A stretch of DNA of 64,000 nt from a virus. This document shows positions 28,400 to 38,122 of this stretch, one piece after another. Numbering within the stretch: the first letter of the stretch is position 1; the number at the start of each line of letters is the position of its first letter. The notes beneath the pieces were generated by a model that did not search any database, was not told the origin of the DNA, and was given only the letters and a program-made list of their open reading frames with translations. The stretch covers positions 1 to 64,000 of the IMG/VR virus record IMGVR_UViG_3300040801_001819; one strand, written 5' to 3'. A program made the position numbers and the translations under genes.

Positions 28400-29343
28400 G
28401 TTAAAGAACCTTCATCCCTTGCAGAGTAAGCAAATACATCTGAGTTAACTGAATCTTGATCAGGACCCTCATGAGTAAAATCTCCTGCTGAAAGTTGTGC
28501 TCTTGTTATTATATCACCAACTACTATTGGTGTTCCTGCTATCTTAAATACTCCAACATTCTCTAATGAAATATCATCTATTCTAATTGCGGCAAGTAAA
28601 TCACCTTCTGCGTCAGAATAAGGATCAGTTGTGTCAGTTGTGAACATAGCTAATGTAAGAGTTGTTATTGCCCTGTTTGCAGGATAGATGGTATTATCAC
28701 CTATCACAGGAGTAGCATTCTCTGTATTAGATAGAACTGTGACTGTCATTGTAGCTGGAGAAGATTGCATAGGATTCTGATTGTTGTCATATACACTCCA
28801 AGTGAATGAAGTTCCATAAGCTGTATCTACGTTTCTTGTATACGTTAAGTTTGGAATATTAGCCTGTGTTATCACCTGGCCAGCAGTAACTGCAACTCCA
28901 CTTAATTTTAATGTACCAGCCCCTGGTAAAGTTTTTATAACTATATTTCCACTACCATCACCATCAGCATCAGCGAATCCAACTAAGAATTCTGAAGCAG
29001 CAAATGTGTATATGGTCTCAGACAATGTAATAGTATTCGCACTTACTGTTGGAGCTGTATTACTTGAGTTATCAGGTATATCAACTACCGGTGAATCTTC
29101 TGGGAAGAAGCCTGATCCTGTCACATTAAGTGTATTCATACAGATATCTGGATCTTTTTGTTGAAGAAGACTAACCATTACGTCTAGCTTTTGAAGGGTA
29201 ACATACGTATCAGAATAGCAAGCGTATTTATATATCATTTTAAGTAATGAAATGTTGGCTATTGAGCCAGCTCCATAAAACTTAAATCTTTTGTCTATTC
29301 GTAGCATTGATGATACGAATACATTTGCATTATTATCTGTCAT
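28387..29343 (-). CDS. virion protein with two cadherin-like repeats (paralog)
   Basis: Repeats contain DADGDGSGNIVIKTLPGAGTLKLSGVAVTAGQ and SDAEGDLLAAIRIDD. Confidence 0.55.
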   Translation of the reverse strand: MTDNNANVFVSSMLRIDKRFKFYGAGSIANISLLKMIYKYACYSDTYVTLQKLDVMVSLLQQKDPDICMNTLNVTGSGFFPEDSPVVDIPDNSSNTAPTVSANTITLSETIYTFAASEFLVGFADADGDGSGNIVIKTLPGAGTLKLSGVAVTAGQVITQANIPNLTYTRNVDTAYGTSFTWSVYDNNQNPMQSSPATMTVTVLSNTENATPVIGDNTIYPANRAITTLTLAMFTTDTTDPYSDAEGDLLAAIRIDDISLENVGVFKIAGTPIVVGDIITRAQLSAGDFTHEGPDQDSVNSDVFAYSARDEGSLTWVQ

Positions 29344-29347
29344 ATTA

Positions 29348-29920
29348 TTAAACTGTTAAGACACAATCAATAACACCTATTGAAACTATACTTCCGGCAG
29401 ATGAAACCACTGGATTTATACTATCGCAAGAATCACATGATGTTGATGTGTATAGGTTAACTCTATCTAGAAATGTAATTGCATCTTGAAATCTACCTAA
29501 TTGTAAGGCATTCTTCATTGATTCAACATATAAATCTAATAAGAGCGCGTTTTGAAAATTCTCATTACAATTCAAGCATGATAGGTCAACCTCAGCCAAT
29601 AGCTTAGCCATTACAGCATAGTATTTGGCCATAGGAGCCGTAGCAACAATAGCTGCATCTGGTTCATTTGATGTGAATTCTCCGAAGTAAATACCTTCGA
29701 AACTATCAACACCTGCAATTGCAGTGGTAATAGTAAATGATTCATTATTATCAATCCCTGACAACAATGAAGATAAATCAACTCCATTATTAGGATCTTT
29801 ATATGTAGCTTCTGTCCACAGAGTAGCTCCTGTAATTAAATTACCGACACCTGCATCAAGTACAACTGTTATTGTTGTCTTGTCATTAGAAACTAAAAAT
29901 GTATTAACTGTTATAGCCAT
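29348..29920 (-). CDS. virion-module hypothetical protein (190 aa)
   Basis: Track ORF that starts right after a terminator. Cys pairs are present (CLNC, CDSCDS). Confidence 0.5.
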   Translation of the reverse strand: MAITVNTFLVSNDKTTITVVLDAGVGNLITGATLWTEATYKDPNNGVDLSSLLSGIDNNESFTITTAIAGVDSFEGIYFGEFTSNEPDAAIVATAPMAKYYAVMAKLLAEVDLSCLNCNENFQNALLLDLYVESMKNALQLGRFQDAITFLDRVNLYTSTSCDSCDSINPVVSSAGSIVSIGVIDCVLTV

Positions 29921-29930
29921 TTCTTTGTAT

Positions 29931-29966
29931 TAAAAAAGGGATAAAGAGATTAACTCCTTACCCCTT
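29931..29966 (-). terminator. rho-independent terminator after the 321-aa gene
   Basis: The minus-strand RNA reads AAGGGGTAAGGAG-TTAAT-CTCTTTATCCCTT (13 bp including 2 G-U pairs), followed by TTTTTTA. Confidence 0.7.
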
Positions 29967-29993
29967 TTGGTTATTTGATTTTTTAGTCAGTAA

Positions 29994-30959
29994 TTATATT
30001 ACTGGAAATACTGTCATTCCTGCGCTTAAAGCTGTGTTTAAGTCATTAATCAACACGTTTGTAGCGGCTTGGCCAGCTAGGTTAGTGTAAGGAATAGCGA
30101 TAGTAATTTGTTTCTTACTTTTCTTAGCTTCATCACGTCCTTCATCAAAGTACGCAAGTTCGATAATATTGTAAGTTCCAGTCTTACTAGTTTCATAAGT
30201 ATTCTCAAAGTTGTGTGGATATCCAGCCTCACGGTAGAAATCATTTCTTTCACCTTTTAAATACCATTCCATAGAAGCTACTGTTTTACCTGATCCAATT
30301 CCAGGGTCAGATGCAACAACATTCTTAGCAGGTAAAGTTGTCATCTTTAAATCAGCAGAGAAATCAATGTTTGTTTTCTCTTTCTTGCCAACAACATAGT
30401 TGTCAACTTGATCTTTCTCAGTAATTACTAAATTGACATTAGTTGTAGCTCCTGTCTTAGTAAAAGTAAAGTAAGGATTTGTAGAAGCAGTTGCTCCAAC
30501 CTCACGTGAGAAATTACGATTTAATGACGTAATAAGTCCATCTACAACAGCTTCCTGATCATCACCAGTAACTACTTTGTAAAAAGCTTTCTTTACATAT
30601 TCATCTTCAGGAGAATAAGAGCCAAACCCTTTGATTACTATTTCTACTGTTACTAGTTCACCAACAACCGGAGCTGCTAATTCACTAAATGTTACGACAC
30701 CTAAAGTAGGAGCCACATACTCTATTGCTTTTGCATAGATTAAGTTTCCTGGTTTGATTGTGTCTGATGCAACAATGTTACCTGCTGCGTTTTTCTTGTA
30801 AATCTTACAAGCTGTGTTTGCTGCAACGTCAGTTCCATCAGCAGATAATACTACGATGTCTCCAACAGTTCCAGCTTTTAAAGCTGTAATACTTGTGTGT
30901 CCAGGAGTGGCTAATCCTGAATAAAAATGTCTAACTTGGTTTTGCCCAGCTAATCCCAT
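29994..30959 (-). CDS. abundant virion protein candidate (321 aa; auxiliary capsid or other major structural)
   Basis: Track ORF in the capsid module, followed by a strong terminator. No motif recognised. Confidence 0.45.
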   Translation of the reverse strand: MGLAGQNQVRHFYSGLATPGHTSITALKAGTVGDIVVLSADGTDVAANTACKIYKKNAAGNIVASDTIKPGNLIYAKAIEYVAPTLGVVTFSELAAPVVGELVTVEIVIKGFGSYSPEDEYVKKAFYKVVTGDDQEAVVDGLITSLNRNFSREVGATASTNPYFTFTKTGATTNVNLVITEKDQVDNYVVGKKEKTNIDFSADLKMTTLPAKNVVASDPGIGSGKTVASMEWYLKGERNDFYREAGYPHNFENTYETSKTGTYNIIELAYFDEGRDEAKKSKKQITIAIPYTNLAGQAATNVLINDLNTALSAGMTVFPVI

Positions 30960-30979
30960 AATGTTTAATTGTTTTTAAT

Positions 30980-31720
30980 TTATACTCTATTATTTGTTTG
31001 TATTCTAGTTTGTAGTGTGTTTTCTCTGTAATCTCTTACAGCTAATTCCACTGCTCTATTTACAATCTCACGGTGAAGATACGAATTTAATTCGGATCCT
31101 GCAACACTTGTTGCACCATTTATTGTTAAACCTAATCCTCCAACTTGCGTATCAGTAGTTAAATTACTGAGGATGATTGGGTTAGGGTACTTTACGTACC
31201 TTATATTATATTGACTTAAATTTTCAGAAGACACTAATTCAACAGTATTTGAGCTATTTTCTTTAGAAATATCAACTCTAAATACCTTATTTGCGTTAGG
31301 CTTTCTGAAAGGGTTTTTGTAGCTTACCATAAACTCGTCGTGAGTTATAGGCTTTACTACTACTACTTTTCCGTTCAAGCATGATACTGAACTAGATATT
31401 GTAGCTGTTTCAGCAACAATGAACATAATGTCGTTTGGTAGAGAAAACATCTTAGAGTCTTCCACTAAACCTCTAGTTGAGGCAACAACATCAGTTGCTT
31501 TGTAATCTTTCACTAACTCATTAAGAGCTCTTCTCTGGTGTTCAGAATCCTCAAAACTTTGTCTTGAAGGGTTGCCTCCTGTATATAATGACTTTACCAA
31601 CTCTTCTTGAGCTGTGGTTAGATACACGGATCTTTCATAATTGTCAAGACCCGGTGCACCTTCCCCTAATGTGTTATTATATAGTAAGTCAAATTCTGAT
31701 CTGAATTCTGCCACTGTCAT
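30980..31720 (-). CDS. capsid/connector-module hypothetical protein (246 aa)
   Basis: Track ORF, co-oriented with neighbours. Confidence 0.5.
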   Translation of the reverse strand: MTVAEFRSEFDLLYNNTLGEGAPGLDNYERSVYLTTAQEELVKSLYTGGNPSRQSFEDSEHQRRALNELVKDYKATDVVASTRGLVEDSKMFSLPNDIMFIVAETATISSSVSCLNGKVVVVKPITHDEFMVSYKNPFRKPNANKVFRVDISKENSSNTVELVSSENLSQYNIRYVKYPNPIILSNLTTDTQVGGLGLTINGATSVAGSELNSYLHREIVNRAVELAVRDYRENTLQTRIQTNNRV

Positions 31721-31724
31721 TTAA

Positions 31725-32621
31725 TTACTCTCTAGTATTCTTTAATTTTGCTTCTAAAGTCAACCTCATCTCTTGTCCTAGTGGACTTGCAAGATATGCC
31801 GCTGCTACTTCTAACGTTGGAGTATCTCCCTCAGAGAGTGGCTCTCCTTCTTTAGTATAGAACTTCTTGTCTTTCTTATCAATCACATTGTGCTCATGGC
31901 ACTCTTCAATAAGAACCTTAGTTGTGATGAATTTGTCATTCGTAATTGCTACGAACAAGTTAGGATCTGCTTCAATCATCTTAGCAGTTTCAATCTGTAA
32001 GAAATCTAATTTCTGATTCTTAGCAGTGTATCTACCTAAGTTTCTCAAGATGTATCTCAATACAGCTTTGTTGTTCTTGTATTCAACATATTTTTCAAAT
32101 GCTAATACTTTGTTTCCAACAGCAGCTTTGTCTTTTAAAGTTTGCTCTCCTTCTGCAACTAATACAAACCTATAAGTAGCTTTGTCTCTAATTTCGTCAA
32201 GGCTACCAGCCACTAAAGGACTAACTTTTAATACTTTATATCTGATATAATCATACGGATCAGAAAGATCCAATACCATATCATCTTTTCCTAAGTAAAT
32301 TGGGAAAATACCATTCTCCTTATTACTTTCTTTCCAGAAGTCTGAATAAATAGATAGATTAACTCCACCTAATACGAATTCTAATCCTTCTTTCTCTTTG
32401 TTGGTAAGAACATTTTTCATCTTCTTATTGTCCAACGTCGGAGCAGGTATTGCTATCTCTGTTCCGTTAAATAATCCTCCATAGCCAACATGCTTTGGAT
32501 CCTTGATGTTAGTACTAGTCTTTACTAAATACTTAACAGTCACTGTTTCATTCCTTAAAAAATCTGTTACAGGAGTTGTATCCTTAACAGTATCTTCTGA
32601 TACTTTTGCTTTCGCGCTCAT
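31725..32621 (-). CDS. capsid-module hypothetical protein (298 aa)
   Basis: Track ORF downstream of the MCP terminator. Confidence 0.5.
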   Translation of the reverse strand: MSAKAKVSEDTVKDTTPVTDFLRNETVTVKYLVKTSTNIKDPKHVGYGGLFNGTEIAIPAPTLDNKKMKNVLTNKEKEGLEFVLGGVNLSIYSDFWKESNKENGIFPIYLGKDDMVLDLSDPYDYIRYKVLKVSPLVAGSLDEIRDKATYRFVLVAEGEQTLKDKAAVGNKVLAFEKYVEYKNNKAVLRYILRNLGRYTAKNQKLDFLQIETAKMIEADPNLFVAITNDKFITTKVLIEECHEHNVIDKKDKKFYTKEGEPLSEGDTPTLEVAAAYLASPLGQEMRLTLEAKLKNTRE

Positions 32622-32704
32622 TTCTTCCTAAATTTAATATAAATAATTCTTCCTAATTCTCCTTATAATAATGTGGATTTGATAAAGTTCAATATTCCAC
32701 TAAA

Positions 32705-32737
32705 ACTTAAATAATTCCCTCTCCGAAGAGAGGGATT
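32705..32737 (-). terminator. rho-independent terminator after the major capsid gene
   Basis: The minus-strand RNA reads TCCCTCTC-TTCG-GAGAGGGA (8-bp GC-rich stem with a UUCG loop), followed by ATTATTTAAGTTTT. Confidence 0.75.
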
Positions 32738-32749
32738 ATTATAAAACTA

Positions 32750-34249
32750 TTACGCTAATACGTAAGGTATCAATTGTGCTGTTCTAGTTGGATCGTAAAC
32801 TACGACACCTAGCTGACAGAACTTAGTGATTGTACCAGCATCCTCTAAAGTACCCATGTTACCATTATTGATAGCTCCGGTGAAAGGATTTCTGAAGCCC
32901 CATTGGTAACCTCTGATTTCTTCTTTACCTCTAACTTTCACAGTTTGGATATTTGGCTCTTCTGGAGTTCCGATGTAGAATATATCGAATCTATAAGATT
33001 CAGCTACACCATTACTTCCTGGGATACGTATTGTGTTACGTACTTTGTCATCATAGAAGTCATCAACCTCTAATTTAACTGTTACACCATTTGGAGCCAT
33101 GTATTCAGTGAACTGGAATCCAGCCTTCATAGCATTACTATGTAATGGAGAAGTAGTTGAACTTACAGTTTGAGCATTGGTTCCTGGAGTAGATACGTTA
33201 GTGGCCCATCCTGAAGTTGTCTGTAAGACAGCTTTGTGGAATTCAGCAGCACCTCTTTCACCTGTTCTCAAGATGAATACACGTTGGTCAAATCCTAATT
33301 TACCTTCAGATAATCCAAAAAGGATTTCTTCTAACATCTCGATAGAGAAGTCATTGTAGTAGTAAGTATTTGATTGCTCCATTTGCTCACGGATACCAGA
33401 TCCAATTTTGATAGATCTTCCAGATACATCTTTGTTGTGGTATTCACCATCAGCAGTTCTGTTAGATTTACCATAAAGCAAATATTTGTTTTTGTACATT
33501 GAGAATTCTTGCTCAACCAACCAGTCTTCGTAAAGAGCTAATGTTGGGAAAACTTTTTTCTCACCAGACTTAGTAAGTACAGGAATACCCATAACTACTT
33601 TCTTGCCTGTTGCATCACCTGGTAATTTGTGGTCAATTCTAATAGTGGTTAACTCACCTCTCATAGAAACAGGAGTAACTCTACGAACCCCACCTACTTC
33701 TCTGGAAAGACCTTTTCCAACTGGAGCGAACTCTTCATTGAATCTTTTACCTGATACTAATTCTTCACCTGGGATACCATCTCTGCTTGATCCAGCTGTT
33801 TCACAAGTGTAAACCCAAAGGTTACCTTCTGCTTGGCCATCATCAATTACTCGGATAGGATATACCTCATTTTTCTCACCTACGATTATCTCACCTTTGA
33901 AGAACCATTGTTCTGGGAAAGCTAATTCGAAAGTTGTTCCACCTTCACCAACATTGTTGGTTGCTAATGTTACTGCTGCACCTTTATAGCGTGCTTCGAA
34001 CAATGGAATATTTCTACGAGAGCTACCTATAAGTTCCCAATAGAATTCATTGTCATTTTCTACATACTTAGTCTCAAACATGTTTAGCATATTCTCAAGA
34101 GATTTACCTCTATGGATAGCTAAAAGTTTGATCATAGCGTCATTGATCTTTTGAGGAGCTGCTTTCCAAATTGCACCTAAAGTGTTCTCTGGATTTATCA
34201 TTCCTGCAAAAGCTTTTGCGTCAGTTACCTGAAATCTACCTAATTGCAT
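32750..34249 (-). CDS. major capsid protein (candidate, 499 aa)
   Basis: The size is typical of crAss-like MCPs. It lies directly downstream of an acidic scaffold-like gene and is followed by a strong terminator. Not verified by homology. Confidence 0.6.
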   Translation of the reverse strand: MQLGRFQVTDAKAFAGMINPENTLGAIWKAAPQKINDAMIKLLAIHRGKSLENMLNMFETKYVENDNEFYWELIGSSRRNIPLFEARYKGAAVTLATNNVGEGGTTFELAFPEQWFFKGEIIVGEKNEVYPIRVIDDGQAEGNLWVYTCETAGSSRDGIPGEELVSGKRFNEEFAPVGKGLSREVGGVRRVTPVSMRGELTTIRIDHKLPGDATGKKVVMGIPVLTKSGEKKVFPTLALYEDWLVEQEFSMYKNKYLLYGKSNRTADGEYHNKDVSGRSIKIGSGIREQMEQSNTYYYNDFSIEMLEEILFGLSEGKLGFDQRVFILRTGERGAAEFHKAVLQTTSGWATNVSTPGTNAQTVSSTTSPLHSNAMKAGFQFTEYMAPNGVTVKLEVDDFYDDKVRNTIRIPGSNGVAESYRFDIFYIGTPEEPNIQTVKVRGKEEIRGYQWGFRNPFTGAINNGNMGTLEDAGTITKFCQLGVVVYDPTRTAQLIPYVLA

Positions 34250-34275
34250 TTATTAATTGTTTAAAAAAGTTGTTA

Positions 34276-35373
34276 CTATTCTATTTGTAAATCTTTAAGA
34301 TCAGCTAATGTAAAAGTTCCATCATCATCCGGTACATCTGTGTTGATGCGTCCATTTTCAGTGAAATCAGCTCCTCTTAAGAGAGTTTCAATATTTTTAG
34401 AGATATCTGTTTCTTTAGCATTACCAAATACTGAGAAATCAGTTAATCCCTTTGTTACAAAGAAAATGGCTTCTAACTTAATACGAGATCCAATAGGATC
34501 TTGTTTTTGAGCTTTAATGAAAGCATTTTCCTTATTCCCTAAATCAGTAGTCATCTGTTTGTATAACTCATCTCTTTGTTCTTTGTTGAGTTTAATACCA
34601 GGAACTATTTCTTCAGTTTTTTCAAGATGAGACTTAATATCATTTATAGATTCTTTTTCTTCATCTTTAGCTGCTTGGATTGCATCAGCTATTTTCTTTT
34701 CTTCTATTCCGATAATAGATGATAATGCTAATTTAGCATCTTCTATGTCAGATCCGGAATCAATACTTCTTTGAGCTAATATTTCAGCTCTTTCTTTATT
34801 GTATCCTCTACTCAAGAAGTCTTGAGCAATAACTCCTTTACGGAATTCTAAGTTTGCATCAGATTCAATGTATTCATCTGAAACTCCTTTTAATTTCTCT
34901 ACAAGGTTAAGTTGTTTTGAAACTGCGCCGGCATCTAAGCCAGCCTCTGAAGCTTCTTTGATTGTTCTCTGTGTAACAGTCAATCTTGAATCCACTTCTT
35001 TTTGAATTGCAGCATTTAAATCTTCTAATGATTTAATACTTGCTGTATCTTCAAGTCCAGGTAAAACTCCGCTAGTTTTGAATTGGTTAGCTAGGTTTGA
35101 ATAAAGCTGTTCAGTATCATTCGGTTTAGGAGAGGAAGAATTGCTTCCCGCATCATCACCTGAAGTTTTACCTCCCTGAACTTGTGTTTCTTTTCCCTTA
35201 GCTACGCTCTCTGAATCATCTTGATCCTCACCAGTGGGTTTATTTTTTTCTTTTGAGTCTTGGGCCTTGCCTAAGTCTTCTAATTCTTTGTCACTTGCAG
35301 TTGTAAACTCTTCAAACAGTCTGTCTGTACTGTTGTCATCAAAAGCAAGATCATTTAATGTTAATCCTTCCAT
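34276..35373 (-). CDS. scaffolding protein (candidate)
   Basis: Acidic, low-complexity N-terminus and a helical, charged remainder. It lies immediately upstream of the MCP. Confidence 0.5.
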   Translation of the reverse strand: MEGLTLNDLAFDDNSTDRLFEEFTTASDKELEDLGKAQDSKEKNKPTGEDQDDSESVAKGKETQVQGGKTSGDDAGSNSSSPKPNDTEQLYSNLANQFKTSGVLPGLEDTASIKSLEDLNAAIQKEVDSRLTVTQRTIKEASEAGLDAGAVSKQLNLVEKLKGVSDEYIESDANLEFRKGVIAQDFLSRGYNKERAEILAQRSIDSGSDIEDAKLALSSIIGIEEKKIADAIQAAKDEEKESINDIKSHLEKTEEIVPGIKLNKEQRDELYKQMTTDLGNKENAFIKAQKQDPIGSRIKLEAIFFVTKGLTDFSVFGNAKETDISKNIETLLRGADFTENGRINTDVPDDDGTFTLADLKDLQIE

Positions 35374-35460
35374 TGTTTATTATATATAATAATTCTCCTT
35401 ACATGCGAAAATACGCAATCAATCACTGTTTTTCTAGCACGCATTATAGCTAAAACGTTA

Positions 35461-36105
35461 CTATTTTAGTATTGTCCATGACTTTTTAAAGCCAATATAC
35501 TTGTTTCCTTGAGTATCTATACCTCCTCCCCAAGCGTTTCCATTCTGTGTTTGAAAGTATAAATCAAACTTAACATCAGGCTGACTTGTTCCTGTTGGCG
35601 GTAAAACTAACTCTAATCCAGTTAGCACTGTCATCTTTGGTCTAACATGCATTACTTCTGGAGTGTATGTAAATTTCTTCTCTTTAATATCATAATTAAC
35701 ACGGTAGGCTAATAATGACCCGCGTGTCTTAGCGTACAAGTCAACCTTGATAGTGTCGTTATCAATAGCAACCTCATTGTACTCTTTAATTTGAATAGAT
35801 TCTAAGTATATATTACGAGCCTCAATACTATCTTTCTCCTTTATAGCTTTTTCGTACTTATCCTTGTATTCTTGATCAACTATAATCTCAGTGTCTCCTT
35901 TTATATATACAGGAACCTTTTTAAATTCAGGATCAGGAATTGAATCATTATCGTTATCAACTATAACATCTCCACTAGATCCTGATGATCCTGATATTGT
36001 GATAGTAACATCATCTGGAATTGGCTCTGGCCTAGTATTAATATAAATCATTACCGCTAAAGAAATACTCAATCCTAATATTACATAATTTTTTATCTTC
36101 TCCAT
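35461..36105 (-). CDS. N-terminally membrane-anchored protein downstream of the endolysin (lysis accessory / spanin-like candidate)
   Basis: A single N-terminal TM (YVILGLSISLAVMIYI) and a 1-nt junction to the endolysin gene. Confidence 0.35.
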   Translation of the reverse strand: MEKIKNYVILGLSISLAVMIYINTRPEPIPDDVTITISGSSGSSGDVIVDNDNDSIPDPEFKKVPVYIKGDTEIIVDQEYKDKYEKAIKEKDSIEARNIYLESIQIKEYNEVAIDNDTIKVDLYAKTRGSLLAYRVNYDIKEKKFTYTPEVMHVRPKMTVLTGLELVLPPTGTSQPDVKFDLYFQTQNGNAWGGGIDTQGNKYIGFKKSWTILK

Positions 36106-36106
36106 T

Positions 36107-36670
36107 TTATTTTATTTCAAAATGTGGCATATCATCCAAACTCTGATCAAATATAATTATACCATCTGAATCCCAATTTCCTCCCCATCTTATGTTATGT
36201 GTAATTTCTCCCTTATCTTTTAATTCTCTTGCGCAAGAATCTATAATTCCTGCAACATATGCTAAGTGCATTCCATCGTATGATATTTTCTTTCTAGTAT
36301 CAGCATCATCGTGCCATACATAAATATCAACCGCTTGTGATGGATTGTAATTGTGTTTTCCTTTCTTAACAATACCATCTACATTAGTTATTGTTCCTTT
36401 ATGTAGTTGTATTGTTCTTCCTATTGCGTAATATGATTGCTGAGTCTCAACAGTCCTATATCCTTCTGCTATTCCGAAGTCTACGTTACTTCTAGATATT
36501 GCAAGGTTTAAAACCTTTTGTATATCTACATGACATGTTGCTAATTTTTTAGCGCTATTATTACTAAACTTAAATCCCATATCTTTATTATCTTTCTTCA
36601 GGGGTGGACTTATCGTCTCCGTTTGGTTTTTCTTGAATAATTTTATTAATATTAACAGAAGTTTCAACAT
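36107..36670 (-). CDS. endolysin, peptidase M15 (L-alanyl-D-glutamate / D-Ala-D-Ala peptidase type)
   Basis: Zinc-ligand pattern GKHNYNPSQAVDI ... DDMPHFE. The true start is probably Met31 at nt 36580, just after the holin stop, rather than 36670. Confidence 0.75.
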   Translation of the reverse strand: MLKLLLILIKLFKKNQTETISPPLKKDNKDMGFKFSNNSAKKLATCHVDIQKVLNLAISRSNVDFGIAEGYRTVETQQSYYAIGRTIQLHKGTITNVDGIVKKGKHNYNPSQAVDIYVWHDDADTRKKISYDGMHLAYVAGIIDSCARELKDKGEITHNIRWGGNWDSDGIIIFDQSLDDMPHFEIK

Positions 36671-37172
36671 TTATTTCAGGTGTATTTTTTAGTAGTTTCT
36701 TTAACCAATCAGGAAAAAGAAACTGCACCTTCTTTAGCATATTCCTCCCGCTGACAGCTTCCATGTTTTCAAACACAGAATATATTTCGACTAATGTTGC
36801 AGCAACAACGGCTAGTTCAGATAGTGTAAAAATAGCATTTCCTAATGATATTGGAGATATTTTAAGTATCATTGTTTCGAAAATTATAAATACTAATATT
36901 CCAATTCCATATTCATAGGTTTTTCTCCATGTGTTTCTCATACCTTTTGAATGCAATGTACTCCAAAAATATTTTTTAAAAGGGTTAAACTTAAGATTTT
37001 TCTGGTGTAGACTTTTACGAATTCCAGTTAATAGGTCTAATAGGATAAGCATGGCTAGTCCAATTAGCATAGGGCCGAGGTTTAGCAAAACAGTTAAGAT
37101 TGGGGTTAAGGTTAATATTAAAGCCTTTTTCTCTAAAGTCAGTTTGCCAAAGAATAAAGATATTGAACTCAT
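36588..37172 (-). CDS. holin (Phage_holin_4_1-like)
   Basis: Multiple TMs, LILLDLLTGIRKS and EIYSVFENMEAVSG motifs, and position adjacent to the endolysin. Confidence 0.7.
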   Translation of the reverse strand: MSSISLFFGKLTLEKKALILTLTPILTVLLNLGPMLIGLAMLILLDLLTGIRKSLHQKNLKFNPFKKYFWSTLHSKGMRNTWRKTYEYGIGILVFIIFETMILKISPISLGNAIFTLSELAVVAATLVEIYSVFENMEAVSGRNMLKKVQFLFPDWLKKLLKNTPEINVETSVNINKIIQEKPNGDDKSTPEER

Positions 37173-37372
37173 TTTTATTTTTAAGACAGTTTATTATTGT
37201 GTAAGTTGCAAAAGTACAAAAAACATCAACCATTATTTAATGTCTATTATTGCTATAACGTTATTTATTAATATTTTATATACAGAATGTAAGACTAGAT
37301 ATTTCTCCAGTACTGACATTCACAAAATTAACAGTACCAGCACCAATTCTGTGTTCATTTATGTTTTTATTA

Positions 37373-38122
37373 TTATAATTCTCCTGATTGACTTTGCGTA
37401 ACATTTAATCCAGATGATTGATTTGATTCATTACCTGAACCATCAATTGCACTTACTGTCCAACTAGATGTAGTACCTGCTAATTGCCCTGTAACACTAA
37501 GTAAAGTTACATTACCTGTTGTTGCAAATAATAATCCATTTTTAAAAATTCTATATCCTGTAACTGCAACATTATCTGTTGAAGCTGTCCAATTTAATGT
37601 AAAAGTAGTTTCAGTTATAAAACTAGCTGATAAATTAGTAGGTACTGTTGGTGCTTGAGTATCTGAACCTGAACAAGCCTGAAACTCTGAAACTATACCT
37701 AATGTACTTATTTTAAAAACATATCTAATTAAATTAAATTCAGAATCTTCAATTTGTATTGAATAGTATCTATTATTTCCATTTAATACTGTAACTCCCC
37801 CAGAATCCAAATAGATAGTGTCTCCATTTTGAATGATAGCAGTTCCAGTTGTATTTATATACCTAGTTGCTGGGCCATATAAAGCACTACAACTATCACT
37901 TAAAATAATATTACCATTTTTAGAAATTACAATACTTGAATAATTAGTTACATTACCGTAATTTCTAAACTCTAATAAACTTGTAGCAGGTGATGTATAA
38001 TAATTTGTATCATAAGCATTATTATCTGCATCAGATATACAGTCAACTAAATCATTTGTAGTTGGATTAACTTCATTAACCACATCTTGTAAACTAAATG
38101 TATTTGTATCTGGTACTGCCAT
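37373..38122 (-). CDS. tail-fibre-cluster protein with C-terminal fibronectin type III domain
   Basis: APTVPTNLSASFITETTFTLNWTASTDNVAVTGYRIFKNG...SAIDGSGNES is a classic FN3 pattern. Confidence 0.6.
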   Translation of the reverse strand: MAVPDTNTFSLQDVVNEVNPTTNDLVDCISDADNNAYDTNYYTSPATSLLEFRNYGNVTNYSSIVISKNGNIILSDSCSALYGPATRYINTTGTAIIQNGDTIYLDSGGVTVLNGNNRYYSIQIEDSEFNLIRYVFKISTLGIVSEFQACSGSDTQAPTVPTNLSASFITETTFTLNWTASTDNVAVTGYRIFKNGLLFATTGNVTLLSVTGQLAGTTSSWTVSAIDGSGNESNQSSGLNVTQSQSGEL

